A stretch of DNA of 64,000 nucleotides, from sequence record DRR378314_956. One strand, 5' to 3'. How positions within the stretch are numbered: the first letter of the stretch is position 1; each line of letters starts with the position of its first letter. Positions 53,326 through 63,147 of this stretch are shown one piece after another. The notes under the pieces are model-generated. The model saw only the letters and a program-made list of their open reading frames with translations, did no database searches and was not told the origin of the DNA. Position numbers and translations under genes: made by a program.

Positions 53326-54423
53326 ATGAAATCCGAAAATGCCTTTTACCATGAAGTCAGACTGGGACAACGAAGGATTGCGCCAGGCGAGCCTTGCTTC
53401 GTCATCGCCGAGATAGGTTCGAACCACAATGGGGACTATGAAACGGCGGCAGAGCTGATCCGGCAGAGTGCCAGGGCCGGTGCCGACGCCGTAAAGTTCC
53501 AGGACTGTTCGAGAGAGGATCTTTTCGTTCCCCGGCTACCTGAACAAGCCACTCACGAGTGGGCATCGCGCCAAGCCCTGTTGTCCAAGCGCTGGGAGAT
53601 TCTTCCGGGCTTTTCCGCCGATCCGGATTGGTGGTCCGGCCTTGCAGAGGTCGCGCGGGAGGAGGGCGTTGTCTTTCTGTGCTCTCCCTTCAGCCTGGAG
53701 GCGGTTGAGCGCCTGGATCGGGTGGGTGTGCCGGCCTGGAAGATCGCATCCGGAGACATTACCTGGCACGAGTTGATTGGGCACGCTGCCCGGACGAACA
53801 AACCGCTGATTCTGTCCACGGGGGCATCCAGTCTGGAAGAGGTGGCTGAAGCCCTCGGCGCCGCAAGGGCTGCCGGTGGTCGACAGATTGTGTTGTTGCA
53901 CTGTGTGTCCAATTACCCACCGCGGTGGGAGGATGCACACTTGCGAGCCATTCGTGTGTTGGCGGAGCATTTTGGTGTACCGGTCGGGCTGTCGGATCAT
54001 TCTCCTGGCTCGGTATTGCCGGTGGCTGCGCTGGCGTTTGGCAGTTGCCTGCTTGAGAAACACGTGACGCTGGACCGGAACCAGCCTGGCCTGGATCATC
54101 ACTTTGCGATGGAGATGTCTGAGTTTGCGCAACTGATCACCGACCTGAGGCATGCGGAAATGGCCCTGGCGGGAGATCAAAAACACTGGGTGGCTGCCGA
54201 GGAAGAGGAGCGCTACTGGGTCCGGCGGGGACTTTGGACCACCCGGAAGATAGCGGCGGGAGAGGTAATTCGTCGAGAGGATGTTGCGGTACTCAGGCCA
54301 GCGCAGGGATTGCCGGCTTCTGCGGTTGAAATGGCCGTAGGGGCTGTCGCCGCGAGAGATATCGAAGCGGGCTACCCGGTAATGGAAGAAGACCTGGGTG
54401 CCCGCCGGAAAGCCGGAGCCTGA
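53326..54423 (+). CDS. pseI: Nonulosonic acid synthase (NeuB/PseI/SpsE family) with SAF domain
   Basis: VIAEIGSNHNG, ADAVKFQ, KIASGD, LHCVSNYP, GLSDHS and EKHVTLD; the pseI name rests on the pseB/pseC context. Confidence 0.8.
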   Translation: MKSENAFYHEVRLGQRRIAPGEPCFVIAEIGSNHNGDYETAAELIRQSARAGADAVKFQDCSREDLFVPRLPEQATHEWASRQALLSKRWEILPGFSADPDWWSGLAEVAREEGVVFLCSPFSLEAVERLDRVGVPAWKIASGDITWHELIGHAARTNKPLILSTGASSLEEVAEALGAARAAGGRQIVLLHCVSNYPPRWEDAHLRAIRVLAEHFGVPVGLSDHSPGSVLPVAALAFGSCLLEKHVTLDRNQPGLDHHFAMEMSEFAQLITDLRHAEMALAGDQKHWVAAEEEERYWVRRGLWTTRKIAAGEVIRREDVAVLRPAQGLPASAVEMAVGAVAARDIEAGYPVMEEDLGARRKAGA

Positions 54424-54425
54424 TT

Positions 54426-54989
54426 ATGAGCCCTGATTCATCGAACCCGTCTGGTCGCTCTGACGACCCCGACATCGTATTCCGTGTAGTGACGTCGGAA
54501 TCGGACGCCAGGATCGCGTATCAATTTTTCGTGAAAATGCTCGCAGAGCAGTTTTCGTTGACCTTCTCGGCATCCGCCCTGGACGCCTATCGGAACAAAT
54601 ACCGTCTTGAAGTCTTCGAACAGCGGGCTGCCGACAATAAAGCCGTATTGGCGGCTGCTTTTGATGGCAATGCAATGATGGCACTTGTGATTGGTGGCGT
54701 CCCCAATGGCGGCGTGGCATCACTGGATTGGGTGGTGGTGTCTCCCGGCTATCAGGGCCAGGGTGTGGGCCAACGCCTGGTGCATGCCTGCCTCTCGGAG
54801 TACCGCAAAGCCGGTGCCCATAAGGTGGTCCTGTACTCCGAAACTGAACAGGGACGGCGGTTCTATGAGACGTGCGGCTTTTCCTGTGAAGGTGTGCATC
54901 CGCAACATTGGTGGGGGCTGACGCATTACTGCATGGGCTATATTTTTGACGAGGCCAACCGCTCAGAGAGCGGGAGGAGTCCCGTATGA
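54426..54989 (+). CDS. GNAT N-acetyltransferase
   Basis: VVSPGYQGQGVGQRLV (motif A) and FYETCGF. Confidence 0.82.
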   Translation: MSPDSSNPSGRSDDPDIVFRVVTSESDARIAYQFFVKMLAEQFSLTFSASALDAYRNKYRLEVFEQRAADNKAVLAAAFDGNAMMALVIGGVPNGGVASLDWVVVSPGYQGQGVGQRLVHACLSEYRKAGAHKVVLYSETEQGRRFYETCGFSCEGVHPQHWWGLTHYCMGYIFDEANRSESGRSPV

Positions 54990-56827
54990 CAAAGGTGGCA
55001 GCGGTCGTTCAGGCACGAATGGGATCAACACGCCTGCCTGGAAAAATGTTGGCGGACATCGGTGGTCACGCGTTGGTCGACTATGTGTTGACGCGGCTCA
55101 CGTCGGAACTTGGGCCGGGACGGCTGTTTGGCGACGTCGTGCTGGCCACGTCTGAAGAACCGGAGAACGGCCCACTGGCAGATCATGCGCTGCGTGAGTG
55201 GCCAGGCGTTCGAGTGCTCCGTGGCCAGGAAGACGATGTGCTTTCGCGTTTTGTGGAAGCGATTCGCCAGACGGGCGCTGAGATGATTGTCCGGGTGACG
55301 GGCGACTGCCCCTTGATCAATCTGGACGCGGTCAGGCAGATGCTGGATGCGCGGGACGCATCCCGGGCGGATGTGGTTAATTACCGGCCTGGCTATGAGT
55401 ATATCGACAAGGGAATCGAGGTTGTGTCTGCGCAGGCGCTTCTGAAACTGCACAATGATCAGGGGCTGTCTGCCCATGACCGGGAGCATGTGACCAGCGC
55501 TCTTTACCGGAACAGCACCGACTTCAACGCGCATTACATCGACAGTGAACCTGGGCTTCGCCGGGCCGACCTGCGCCTGACCATCGATACCGATGAAGAT
55601 CTCCGGTTTTTCCGCGCCCTTGCCGAGCAGATGTCCGGTTCACTGATGAATGCGTCTTTAGCCGAGGTGGTTGCTGTTCTCGACGCGCATCCTGAACTGG
55701 CACGGATCAATGCCGGCTCTGGCAGGAAAAGCAGCCTGCATGAGTCCGTGCGGGTGGGCTTCCGGTGTGATGGTGGCGCAGGCCTCGGTATGGGGCATGT
55801 TGTTGGCAGTCTCCGGCTTGCAAGGCTGCTGGCGGACCAGTTGGGTTGGGGCGCCGAATTTGTCTGTCGGGATGAGCAAAACGTCCGTTCGGCCATCCAT
55901 GCAAACGGGTTTGCGCTTGAGCAGCTTCCGGCGGACACATCTCCGGAGGACGACATAACGCGGTTGTTGAGCAAGGCCTGCGAATCGGATTGGTCTGCGG
56001 TGGTCATCAACTTCGGGAAGGATGACTTGCAACGGTACCGGGACCAATTCACGCGTATTCGCCAGGCGGGTGTGAAGCTGGTCTTTATGGACAACCCAGT
56101 TGCGCCCTATTGCTACGAAGCGGAGCTGTTGATCAATGCGTTGCCACACCCGGATTACCCGGGTTACGAGCCCAGGAATCATCCCGCCTGCCTGGATGGG
56201 CTTGAGTACTTTATACCAGCGGATCGTCTGGAGTCGGTACCGGGCAGGCCCTGCCCGCAATTGACGCTGGAGGGCCGGGTGTTGGTCGCCATGGGCGGCG
56301 GCGATGTCGATGATCTGACCGTACGTGTCCTGGAAGGGCTTGCCAGTGCCGGTTTTCGCGGTGAGGTGGAGGTGGTGGTTGGTGCATCATCACCCCGGGG
56401 GAAGCAACTGGCCTCGATTCTCGACGAGTTGGCGTTAAGCGGGTCCGTGACCGTCAACGCGAACGACATGAATGCGCGCATGCAGCGGGCAGATCTCGGT
56501 TTCACCGGGCTGGGGCTTGTTACCTATGAGATGGCGTATGCGGGTTTGCCGGCCTTGATCGTCGCGAATTCCGACTTCAATGCTGGCGTTGCAAAAGCCT
56601 ACTGTGAGCACTACCGAACCGCTCGGTTTGTAGGTGCCTGGCCAACGGTCACTGCCGATGAAATTGCATGTGCCGTAACCGACGTTGTTGCTGGCCAAGT
56701 GCCATGGGATACCCACTACGCCAGTGCACGAGATCCCGGCCGTGTGATCGCTTCCGGCCGTGACGCCGTCATCGCTGCGTTCAGAACGCTTGTAAGAGAG
56801 CCATTGTCGACAAAGGATCCACAATAA
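54986..56827 (+). CDS. SpsF/PseF-like cytidylyltransferase fused to a second PseG/SpsG-like domain
   Basis: QARMGSTRLPGK, DVLSRF, RVTGDCP and REHVT; then FRCDGG...GMGHV, MGGGD and G.VTYE. Confidence 0.8.
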   Translation: MTKVAAVVQARMGSTRLPGKMLADIGGHALVDYVLTRLTSELGPGRLFGDVVLATSEEPENGPLADHALREWPGVRVLRGQEDDVLSRFVEAIRQTGAEMIVRVTGDCPLINLDAVRQMLDARDASRADVVNYRPGYEYIDKGIEVVSAQALLKLHNDQGLSAHDREHVTSALYRNSTDFNAHYIDSEPGLRRADLRLTIDTDEDLRFFRALAEQMSGSLMNASLAEVVAVLDAHPELARINAGSGRKSSLHESVRVGFRCDGGAGLGMGHVVGSLRLARLLADQLGWGAEFVCRDEQNVRSAIHANGFALEQLPADTSPEDDITRLLSKACESDWSAVVINFGKDDLQRYRDQFTRIRQAGVKLVFMDNPVAPYCYEAELLINALPHPDYPGYEPRNHPACLDGLEYFIPADRLESVPGRPCPQLTLEGRVLVAMGGGDVDDLTVRVLEGLASAGFRGEVEVVVGASSPRGKQLASILDELALSGSVTVNANDMNARMQRADLGFTGLGLVTYEMAYAGLPALIVANSDFNAGVAKAYCEHYRTARFVGAWPTVTADEIACAVTDVVAGQVPWDTHYASARDPGRVIASGRDAVIAAFRTLVREPLSTKDPQ

Positions 56828-57804
56828 TGACAGATCAGGTACTGCTGACGGGCGCTGGGCAGGTGGGTGCCCAGATGATCCGGTTGTTGAATAGTGAATA
56901 CGGTATCAAACCCGTGGTTCTCGATATCCATTTCAACCGGGAATACCTGGATACGGTCGTCAGCCCGGATTGTTACACCGCGATCGAAGGCTCGGTCCTG
57001 GATGGAGACCTGTTGCGACGAATCATCAGGGAGCACGACATAGGGCGCATTTCCCACAGTGCCGCGGTACTGCCCATGCGCGTTGGCCATGATCCGCATC
57101 CCGGTTTTTTCGAGGTGAATGTTCATGGCACCTCGCAGGTCATCTTCGCGGCCCTGGAGTGTGGTGTCGGTACGTTCGTTATGTTCAGCACGAACGGTGT
57201 CTATCAATTTCGAGAGCATGGCGTGGAAGGGCCCGTTGATGAGGATTATCCAACCGGATTGGGTGTCCACAATTCGTACGGGAACTCCAAGGCAACGGCA
57301 GAGTATTTGCTGAAGGAGCTGACCCAGGCCGGCCGGATCAGTGGTCGGGTGCTTCGGCCGGGCGAAATCTATGGCCCGGTGATGCCAAGGCATGGTGAGG
57401 AGCCTATTTACTGGAAATCCATGTTCGATGCGGCAATCGAGGGTCGTTCGTTCACTTTGAGTGAACACCCGGAGCACCGCCTTGATTGGGTCTACGCCAA
57501 GGATGTTGCCAAGGCGGCCGTCTCGGTACTGATGGCGGACTCGGTGCCCAGCTTTGCCTACAATGTGTCTTACGGGCAGTGCATGGGCATCTACGATATC
57601 AAGACCGCCCTTGATCGCCTCTATCCCGGCAATCAGGTGGAATTGCAACAGTGCGGCCGTGGTGGCTGGAACTTTCCCATGGACAACCGTCGGCTGGAGC
57701 AGGATCTGGGTGTGACGATGGCGTTTGATCTGGAAGCCGGTATCCGTGATTACGCCGTTTGGCTAAAGGGGCTTTCTGGTGCCGGTCGGAGTGATACTGC
57801 GTGA
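56827..57804 (+). CDS. NAD-dependent epimerase/dehydratase (extended SDR)
   Basis: LLTGAGQVG, HSAA, YGNSK and DWVY..D. Confidence 0.85.
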   Translation: MTDQVLLTGAGQVGAQMIRLLNSEYGIKPVVLDIHFNREYLDTVVSPDCYTAIEGSVLDGDLLRRIIREHDIGRISHSAAVLPMRVGHDPHPGFFEVNVHGTSQVIFAALECGVGTFVMFSTNGVYQFREHGVEGPVDEDYPTGLGVHNSYGNSKATAEYLLKELTQAGRISGRVLRPGEIYGPVMPRHGEEPIYWKSMFDAAIEGRSFTLSEHPEHRLDWVYAKDVAKAAVSVLMADSVPSFAYNVSYGQCMGIYDIKTALDRLYPGNQVELQQCGRGGWNFPMDNRRLEQDLGVTMAFDLEAGIRDYAVWLKGLSGAGRSDTA

Positions 57805-58886
57805 AGGTTACCCGAATTATCCGTCATTACATCTTCGTGCCTTATGTGGCTCCGGTGGGGCCTTATTGGGGATGGCAGGCGCCTTGTCACGGTGCCCACG
57901 CCGTTCTTATCGAGATGGAAACGGACTCGGGCCTGATCGGCATCGGCGAAACCGCAGGGCGGGAAGCACTGGAACATCACGAACGTTGCTGTGAGAGATT
58001 GATAGGTGCCAATCCCCTGGAAATACAGAAGAATCTTCTGATGCTGCAAGCCAGTGGAGAACGGCCTGCTGCCGTGTCTGGCGTTGAAATGGCCATGTGG
58101 GATCTGCTGGGCAAGGTGACGCAACAACCGCTTTCAACGCTGTTGGGCGGCAAGGTTCGCAGCCACGTTGCGTTGTGTGGGCTGATGGGCGTTAAATCGG
58201 CTCAAGAAGCCGCTGACACCGCAAGCGAATACGTGGACAAGTGGGGCTTCTCCACCATCAAGACCAAAGCCGGGCGGGACCTGGATGAAGACGCGGAAAT
58301 TGCGCTGGCACTGCATCATCGTGTGGGCGAGCGGGCGCGTTTGCGATTCGATGCGAACCAGAGTTATCAGCCAGATGACGTGGTGCGTCTGGCAAAGACG
58401 TATCGAGAGGTGAACATTGAGTATTTCGAACAACCCGTTCATGGCGATCGTTTGGATGAATATGCGGATTTGCGCCACCGCGCCGGGATTCCCCTGGCCC
58501 TGAATGAGAGCGTCTCGGACGCCCGGTCTGTTCTGCAGATCATCCGGAAATCCGCGGCGGACGCCCTGGTGCCTGACATACCAGACGCGGGAGGCATACT
58601 GGAAATCACCCGGCTTGCCGCTGTCGCCGAAGCCGCAAACTTGCCGTGTGCCTTCCATTGTTGGCACGACCTTGGCGTCAAGACAGCCGCCATGGCGCAT
58701 CTGGTCAGTGCTCTGCCGGCGTTTTCCCTGGCGAGTGATACCACGTATCACGGCTTGGAGCAGGATATTATCAAGTCCCCCTTCGTGATTCGGGGCGGCT
58801 GTATTGAAGCGCCGTCCGGTCACGGGTTGGGTGTCGAATTGAACATGGATGTGATTGATCAGTACCGCAAGACCACCATTGACTAG
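57801..58886 (+). CDS. Enolase-superfamily enzyme (mandelate racemase subgroup-like)
   Basis: EMAMWDL.GK, KTK, DANQ, EQP, NES, VPD, FHCW and GLGVE. Confidence 0.85.
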   Translation: MKVTRIIRHYIFVPYVAPVGPYWGWQAPCHGAHAVLIEMETDSGLIGIGETAGREALEHHERCCERLIGANPLEIQKNLLMLQASGERPAAVSGVEMAMWDLLGKVTQQPLSTLLGGKVRSHVALCGLMGVKSAQEAADTASEYVDKWGFSTIKTKAGRDLDEDAEIALALHHRVGERARLRFDANQSYQPDDVVRLAKTYREVNIEYFEQPVHGDRLDEYADLRHRAGIPLALNESVSDARSVLQIIRKSAADALVPDIPDAGGILEITRLAAVAEAANLPCAFHCWHDLGVKTAAMAHLVSALPAFSLASDTTYHGLEQDIIKSPFVIRGGCIEAPSGHGLGVELNMDVIDQYRKTTID

Positions 58887-58905
58887 CTGACAAAGGCAAT
58901 GCCCG

Positions 58906-59808
58906 ATGCAACACACCGCGAAAACCCGCTATCAACACGGCGACCTGGAGGTTATCGATTGCGAGGAGTGTGGCTACAGGCACCTCTGGCCCATGCCAAC
59001 AGAAGCGGATGTCCGGGAAACCTATGAGAAGAAATTCGGGGGCAGTGTCAGGCCGCAGTTCCGTGAGCGCAAAAAGGAGGATGCGGACTATTGGGCCCGT
59101 GTCTTTGCTCGTCGCCTGGAAAAGATTGATCAGCTGATTCCCGGGCAATCCGGGCGCCGGGTGCTTGACGTGGGTTGTGGTGTAGGCGATTTCCTGGCGT
59201 TTATGAGGAAGAACGGTTGGGAGGCCTGGGGCGTTGAGCCCAGCAAGGCGTTTCACGAGGATCTACAACAGCGTGATATCAACGTTATTCCAGCCATGGT
59301 TGAGACCGTCAGTGCGTCGCAGTGGGAGGATCTTGGGCAGTTCGATGTGATCAACATGTCCCAGTTTCTCGAACACGTACGCCATCCGTTGCAGGTGCTT
59401 AAATCGGTGTACACAGCCCTGCGTCCCGGAGGCGTGCTGACGGTTGAATGCCCGAATGATTTCAATCCACTGCAACTGGCAGCCGCGGAATCCCGTGATC
59501 TGCCAATGTGGTGGATCAGCCCTCTGCATATCAACTATTTTGACTTCGAGTCACTGGAGCGGCTTTGCCAGGTGGCGGGTTTCGAGCCTGTTGATCGCAC
59601 CACCCAGTTTCCTCTGGAGATGTTCCTGCACTTCGGGGATGTGTATGTTGGGAACGACGAGGTCGGGCGCGCTATCCACAAGAAGCGCGTGGCGTTTGAG
59701 GAGAGTATGGAGCGAGGTGGATTTAATGAGTCTCTGTCGGCGTTTTACGATGCGCTGGCGTCCAGGGGCTTCGGTCGACATGCAACGATATACGCGGTGA
59801 AACGGTGA
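58906..59808 (+). CDS. Class I SAM-dependent methyltransferase
   Basis: CEECG, VLDVGCGVG, GVEPS and LEHV...L.PGG...ECPN. Confidence 0.88.
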   Translation: MQHTAKTRYQHGDLEVIDCEECGYRHLWPMPTEADVRETYEKKFGGSVRPQFRERKKEDADYWARVFARRLEKIDQLIPGQSGRRVLDVGCGVGDFLAFMRKNGWEAWGVEPSKAFHEDLQQRDINVIPAMVETVSASQWEDLGQFDVINMSQFLEHVRHPLQVLKSVYTALRPGGVLTVECPNDFNPLQLAAAESRDLPMWWISPLHINYFDFESLERLCQVAGFEPVDRTTQFPLEMFLHFGDVYVGNDEVGRAIHKKRVAFEESMERGGFNESLSAFYDALASRGFGRHATIYAVKR

Positions 59809-61073
59809 CAAAAAAAGTACTCATTTACGGCTTTTTCGGAATTGCGAACGCGGGCAATGAGGCGATGCTCAAGGCATTCTGCGAGCCTATTCGCGAAGCG
59901 CTGAACGGGGAGGTGGAGTTTGTTGTGGCGTCCCGGCATCCCGATGCGGATTACGATGCCCGCTATGGTGTTCGGACGGTGCCGAACTTTGAGTACCCGA
60001 GCCGCGATGAATCTGCCGGCAGATGGCTCAGGGGTTTGAATCCCGACGACGCCGATCAATACCTGGGCTTTGTGAAAGAGGTTTCCGAAGCGGACGTTGT
60101 GGTCCTGGGCCCCGGGCAATTTCTGGTGGAGACGGGCACAGCGGGCATGCTCAAGGGCGCATTAGGGCAGGCGCTGGCGGTTGTGGCGGCTGCACGTTTG
60201 ACCGCAACGCCCGTCTACGGGCTGGCTCTGGCGTGTGAGGATCTCAAATCTGCCTGGGCAAAGCTGGCGGTGCAGACGTTGCTGGACGGGCTTGCGGAAG
60301 TGACGTTCCGGGATCCCCGAAGCGTGGATAATCTGCGAGAGGCCGGCATTCAGTTGCCGGATTACTCGGTATTGGGAGACCTTGCACTGGCGGGTTCACC
60401 GGCACCGGTATCGGCCATAACAGCCTTGTTGTCGGAAGAGAACATCCCTGAGAAGAGCGGACCGCGACTGGCAGTGGCACTCAGAAACATTTACTGGATG
60501 GGGCTGGATATGGACGCCCACCGCCGCAAGATGGCCTCCGTCATGGAGCATTGGCTATCCCATTCGGACCGGGACATTGTTCTCGTGCCTCAAAACGTCT
60601 ATGACATCGATGGTGATCGGGATGATGATCGAGCGGAAGCGGCGCGCACGCTTGCTTTGCTCCCTGACGAACTTCAGACGCGGGTGCACCAGATACGCGG
60701 AAAACACGATTCGAGCGCGATAGAGGCCGTTTACGGGCAAGCCGATGTGGCTCTGAGTGCGCGGCTTCATGGCGCTGTATTTTCCTGCAAGCAGGGTACA
60801 CCGCCGGTCATGCTGACCTTCATGGACAAAACCCGCGGGTTCTTCCGCCGTATGGAGCACCTTGATTGTCTTGTCTCCCTGGAGGCCTCCGAGGGTGATA
60901 TTGTCCACCGGCTTGAGGAGTTTCTTGCGCGTCGGGAAACGTTGTCAGAGTCACTTACCGAGGCTGTCCGCCGCAACCGGGCGACCAGCAGGGGGTACGC
61001 CGAGCGGGTCGTCTCCATGCTGCAGGCCGCGCCCGGTAACCGGAAACAGTGGGCGCGAGGGTTGTTGCCATAA
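59805..61073 (+). CDS. Polysaccharide pyruvyl transferase-like protein (CsaB/WcaK family)
   Basis: GFFG..NAGNEAM, TFRD..S and SARLHG. Confidence 0.72.
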   Translation: MTKKVLIYGFFGIANAGNEAMLKAFCEPIREALNGEVEFVVASRHPDADYDARYGVRTVPNFEYPSRDESAGRWLRGLNPDDADQYLGFVKEVSEADVVVLGPGQFLVETGTAGMLKGALGQALAVVAAARLTATPVYGLALACEDLKSAWAKLAVQTLLDGLAEVTFRDPRSVDNLREAGIQLPDYSVLGDLALAGSPAPVSAITALLSEENIPEKSGPRLAVALRNIYWMGLDMDAHRRKMASVMEHWLSHSDRDIVLVPQNVYDIDGDRDDDRAEAARTLALLPDELQTRVHQIRGKHDSSAIEAVYGQADVALSARLHGAVFSCKQGTPPVMLTFMDKTRGFFRRMEHLDCLVSLEASEGDIVHRLEEFLARRETLSESLTEAVRRNRATSRGYAERVVSMLQAAPGNRKQWARGLLP

Positions 61074-61092
61074 CCGGAACGGCCTGGTCGGC

Positions 61093-62283
61093 CTACTCGT
61101 TGGCAAAGCGAGAGCCGGAAAGGTCGTATAAGCGCAGGATTCGAATGCCGTCGTTCTCCCAGTGCTGGATGCGCTGGTAGATTTCCTCTTGAAAGGCCCT
61201 GCTTGAAATCACAACCACATCGATCTGTTCGTGGTCAAATGTATCCGGGTCATCAACGCTGCTGCCGAAGGCAACACTACCCTGTTTACTGGGATTGGAG
61301 TCGAGCAGGGTAGTGACGTTCAACTCGCCGAGTAACGTGTGCTGGAGCAGCAGGCCTGTGTGATCTCCAACTCCGTATATGGCAATTCTGGGTTCGGGGT
61401 TCTCGAGGGAGAGCTCACGAAAGATCTGGTTCAATGAGTCCCGGTGTTTGGTGATCCTGGCTGAGTATTCCTCAATGGCACGTTTCACTGTCCCATGGCG
61501 GTTGTCCAAGCTGAACGTTTGCGGGGTATCCACGGCGCGGGCTTTTTTCCCAACCGTTATGAAGGAGCGTGGGAATTTACGATGCACGTGGGTGCCCATC
61601 GTGGTGAAGCCGGTCTTCTCCAGAAGCATTTTCATTACCGAGGATGAGAAGTTGTGCAAGTGTTCCAGGATGAACAGCTCGGCAGCGGTATCGTATTCCA
61701 GGTCATCAAGGTTTGGCACCCGGATGTATACCACGCCGCTGTCGGTGAGAAGACGATTGATCTTTAGTAGAAAGGCCGTGGGGTCTCGAACATGTTCGAG
61801 TACCCCGCCCAAAAAAATGAGGTCGTAGCGGCGCTCAGTATTGAAGTCTTCAAACAGGCACTCATGAACGGTCAGGTTGTGAAGTTCACGCGCCTTTTCA
61901 GCGGAGACGGCGTTGGGCTCAAGGCCCTCTACCTGCCAGCCCGCCTTCGCCAGCCTGCTGGCGAGATAGCCTGTGTAGCACCCGATCTCAAGAGCGCTTC
62001 GTCCGCTCCCGGGGCCGGCAAGACGCGTCAGGTAATCGACGTCCGCGGCATTCAGTCCTTTTGATTCGCCCCGTGAGACCTGGAAAGATTCGCGTTTCTG
62101 GTTCTGGTAGAACGAATGAATCTCGGCCCCGGACAGAGTTGGATTATTGTAGACATGCCCGCAAACCTTGCAGACGCAGGTTAATACCGGATACCAGAGG
62201 CGCCTGTCCGGGGAGTTCCAGCGATCCATGCGTACAACGTCAAAGTCGTTTGACTGGCAGATATTGCAGTTCTGGGATTCCAC
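61093..62283 (-). CDS. SAM-dependent methyltransferase with N-terminal Zn finger and C-terminal Rossmann-like domain
   Basis: CNIC...CKVCG, LEIGCYTG, VLEHV, IAIYGVG and DSNPSKQG. Confidence 0.82.
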   Translation of the reverse strand: MESQNCNICQSNDFDVVRMDRWNSPDRRLWYPVLTCVCKVCGHVYNNPTLSGAEIHSFYQNQKRESFQVSRGESKGLNAADVDYLTRLAGPGSGRSALEIGCYTGYLASRLAKAGWQVEGLEPNAVSAEKARELHNLTVHECLFEDFNTERRYDLIFLGGVLEHVRDPTAFLLKINRLLTDSGVVYIRVPNLDDLEYDTAAELFILEHLHNFSSSVMKMLLEKTGFTTMGTHVHRKFPRSFITVGKKARAVDTPQTFSLDNRHGTVKRAIEEYSARITKHRDSLNQIFRELSLENPEPRIAIYGVGDHTGLLLQHTLLGELNVTTLLDSNPSKQGSVAFGSSVDDPDTFDHEQIDVVVISSRAFQEEIYQRIQHWENDGIRILRLYDLSGSRFANE

Positions 62284-62297
62284 TTACTGTATCCACC

Positions 62298-63089
62298 TTA
62301 GGATGATGTCTGATGTTTTCTCGGTGCGCGCATCGGGTTGTCGTAGATCATGTACTGGATGACATCCCGCGGGGTTCTGCTGGCCGACGCTTCATCGATG
62401 GGTTCAACGCCATGCCAGGAGTTCGAGTTCTTGACGAATCCGAACGCGGCATTTCGACGATAGGGCGCCATTTTGAAGCGTCTGAAGTCTTCAAAGTCGA
62501 AATGACGATTGCCGGGATCGCTAAAGCCCTCTTGTTTGGGAACAAACATCGATGTCCCAAGGTGCTCGTTATTGTTATCCCCCGGCAGGTATAAAAGAAT
62601 GTTGACCACCTTCGAGGGAATATCCGTGTGTGGCCCGATAAAATAGTCTGCCCGGTGTCGTAGGAAGATCGCCTGTGGGAACACGTCTGGCCAGTCTTCT
62701 TCGCTGCTTCCGAACCGCATTTCCAGCGTTGGTTTGAACAGTCTCATGGATGCCTCGACAACTTGGTCACCCAGGAACCACTCGGAAAACTGGTTCCAGA
62801 AATCACGTCTTTCGGGAGGTTGAGCGTCGAGCCATTCGGGTTCAAGGTAACATTGGTCGCGCCGGCTGTACTGTTCAAGCTTGACCTTGCCCACATCTGT
62901 CCATTTTTTGTAGGCGTCCGTGGTGGGCAGCAGTTGCCTCATCCGTTCGTAGTAGTCGTCCGGAAATACATTATCAATGTAGAAATGGGGGTAGGGCGTA
63001 TAGTCGACGTGAGCGGACTCAAGCCGGGATAGAAAGTGTTCCAGAGCCTTCTGGTGAAGACTGCCGAGCGAGCTCGGTGTTTGCATCAT
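62298..63089 (-). CDS. Putative 2OG-Fe(II) oxygenase
   Basis: PYPHFYIDNVFP, GPHTD (HxD), SWHGVEP distal His and a downstream Arg. Confidence 0.72.
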   Translation of the reverse strand: MMQTPSSLGSLHQKALEHFLSRLESAHVDYTPYPHFYIDNVFPDDYYERMRQLLPTTDAYKKWTDVGKVKLEQYSRRDQCYLEPEWLDAQPPERRDFWNQFSEWFLGDQVVEASMRLFKPTLEMRFGSSEEDWPDVFPQAIFLRHRADYFIGPHTDIPSKVVNILLYLPGDNNNEHLGTSMFVPKQEGFSDPGNRHFDFEDFRRFKMAPYRRNAAFGFVKNSNSWHGVEPIDEASASRTPRDVIQYMIYDNPMRAPRKHQTSS

Positions 63090-63110
63090 GAACGGTTCCG
63101 GTTGTTGGGT

Positions 63111-63134
63111 GCCCCGGAAATGATCTTCCGGGGC
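63111..63134 (-). other. GC-rich hairpin 3' of flagellin, no U tract
   Basis: GCCCCGGAA-N6-TTCCGGGGC; on the minus strand it is followed by ACCCAACAACC. Confidence 0.6.
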
Positions 63135-63147
63135 GCTCTTCTAACGG

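Noticed and set aside
56716-58916. Antisense ORFs of 310 aa and 260 aa in the pse island
   Set aside because: They mirror the SDR and enolase-family genes and show no motifs or RBS support.
59810-59816. A7 run at the start of the pyruvyl-transferase-like gene, and T7 at 27891-27897
   Set aside because: Short A/T runs are common and are explained by Lys or Phe/Leu codons; too weak to suggest phase variation.
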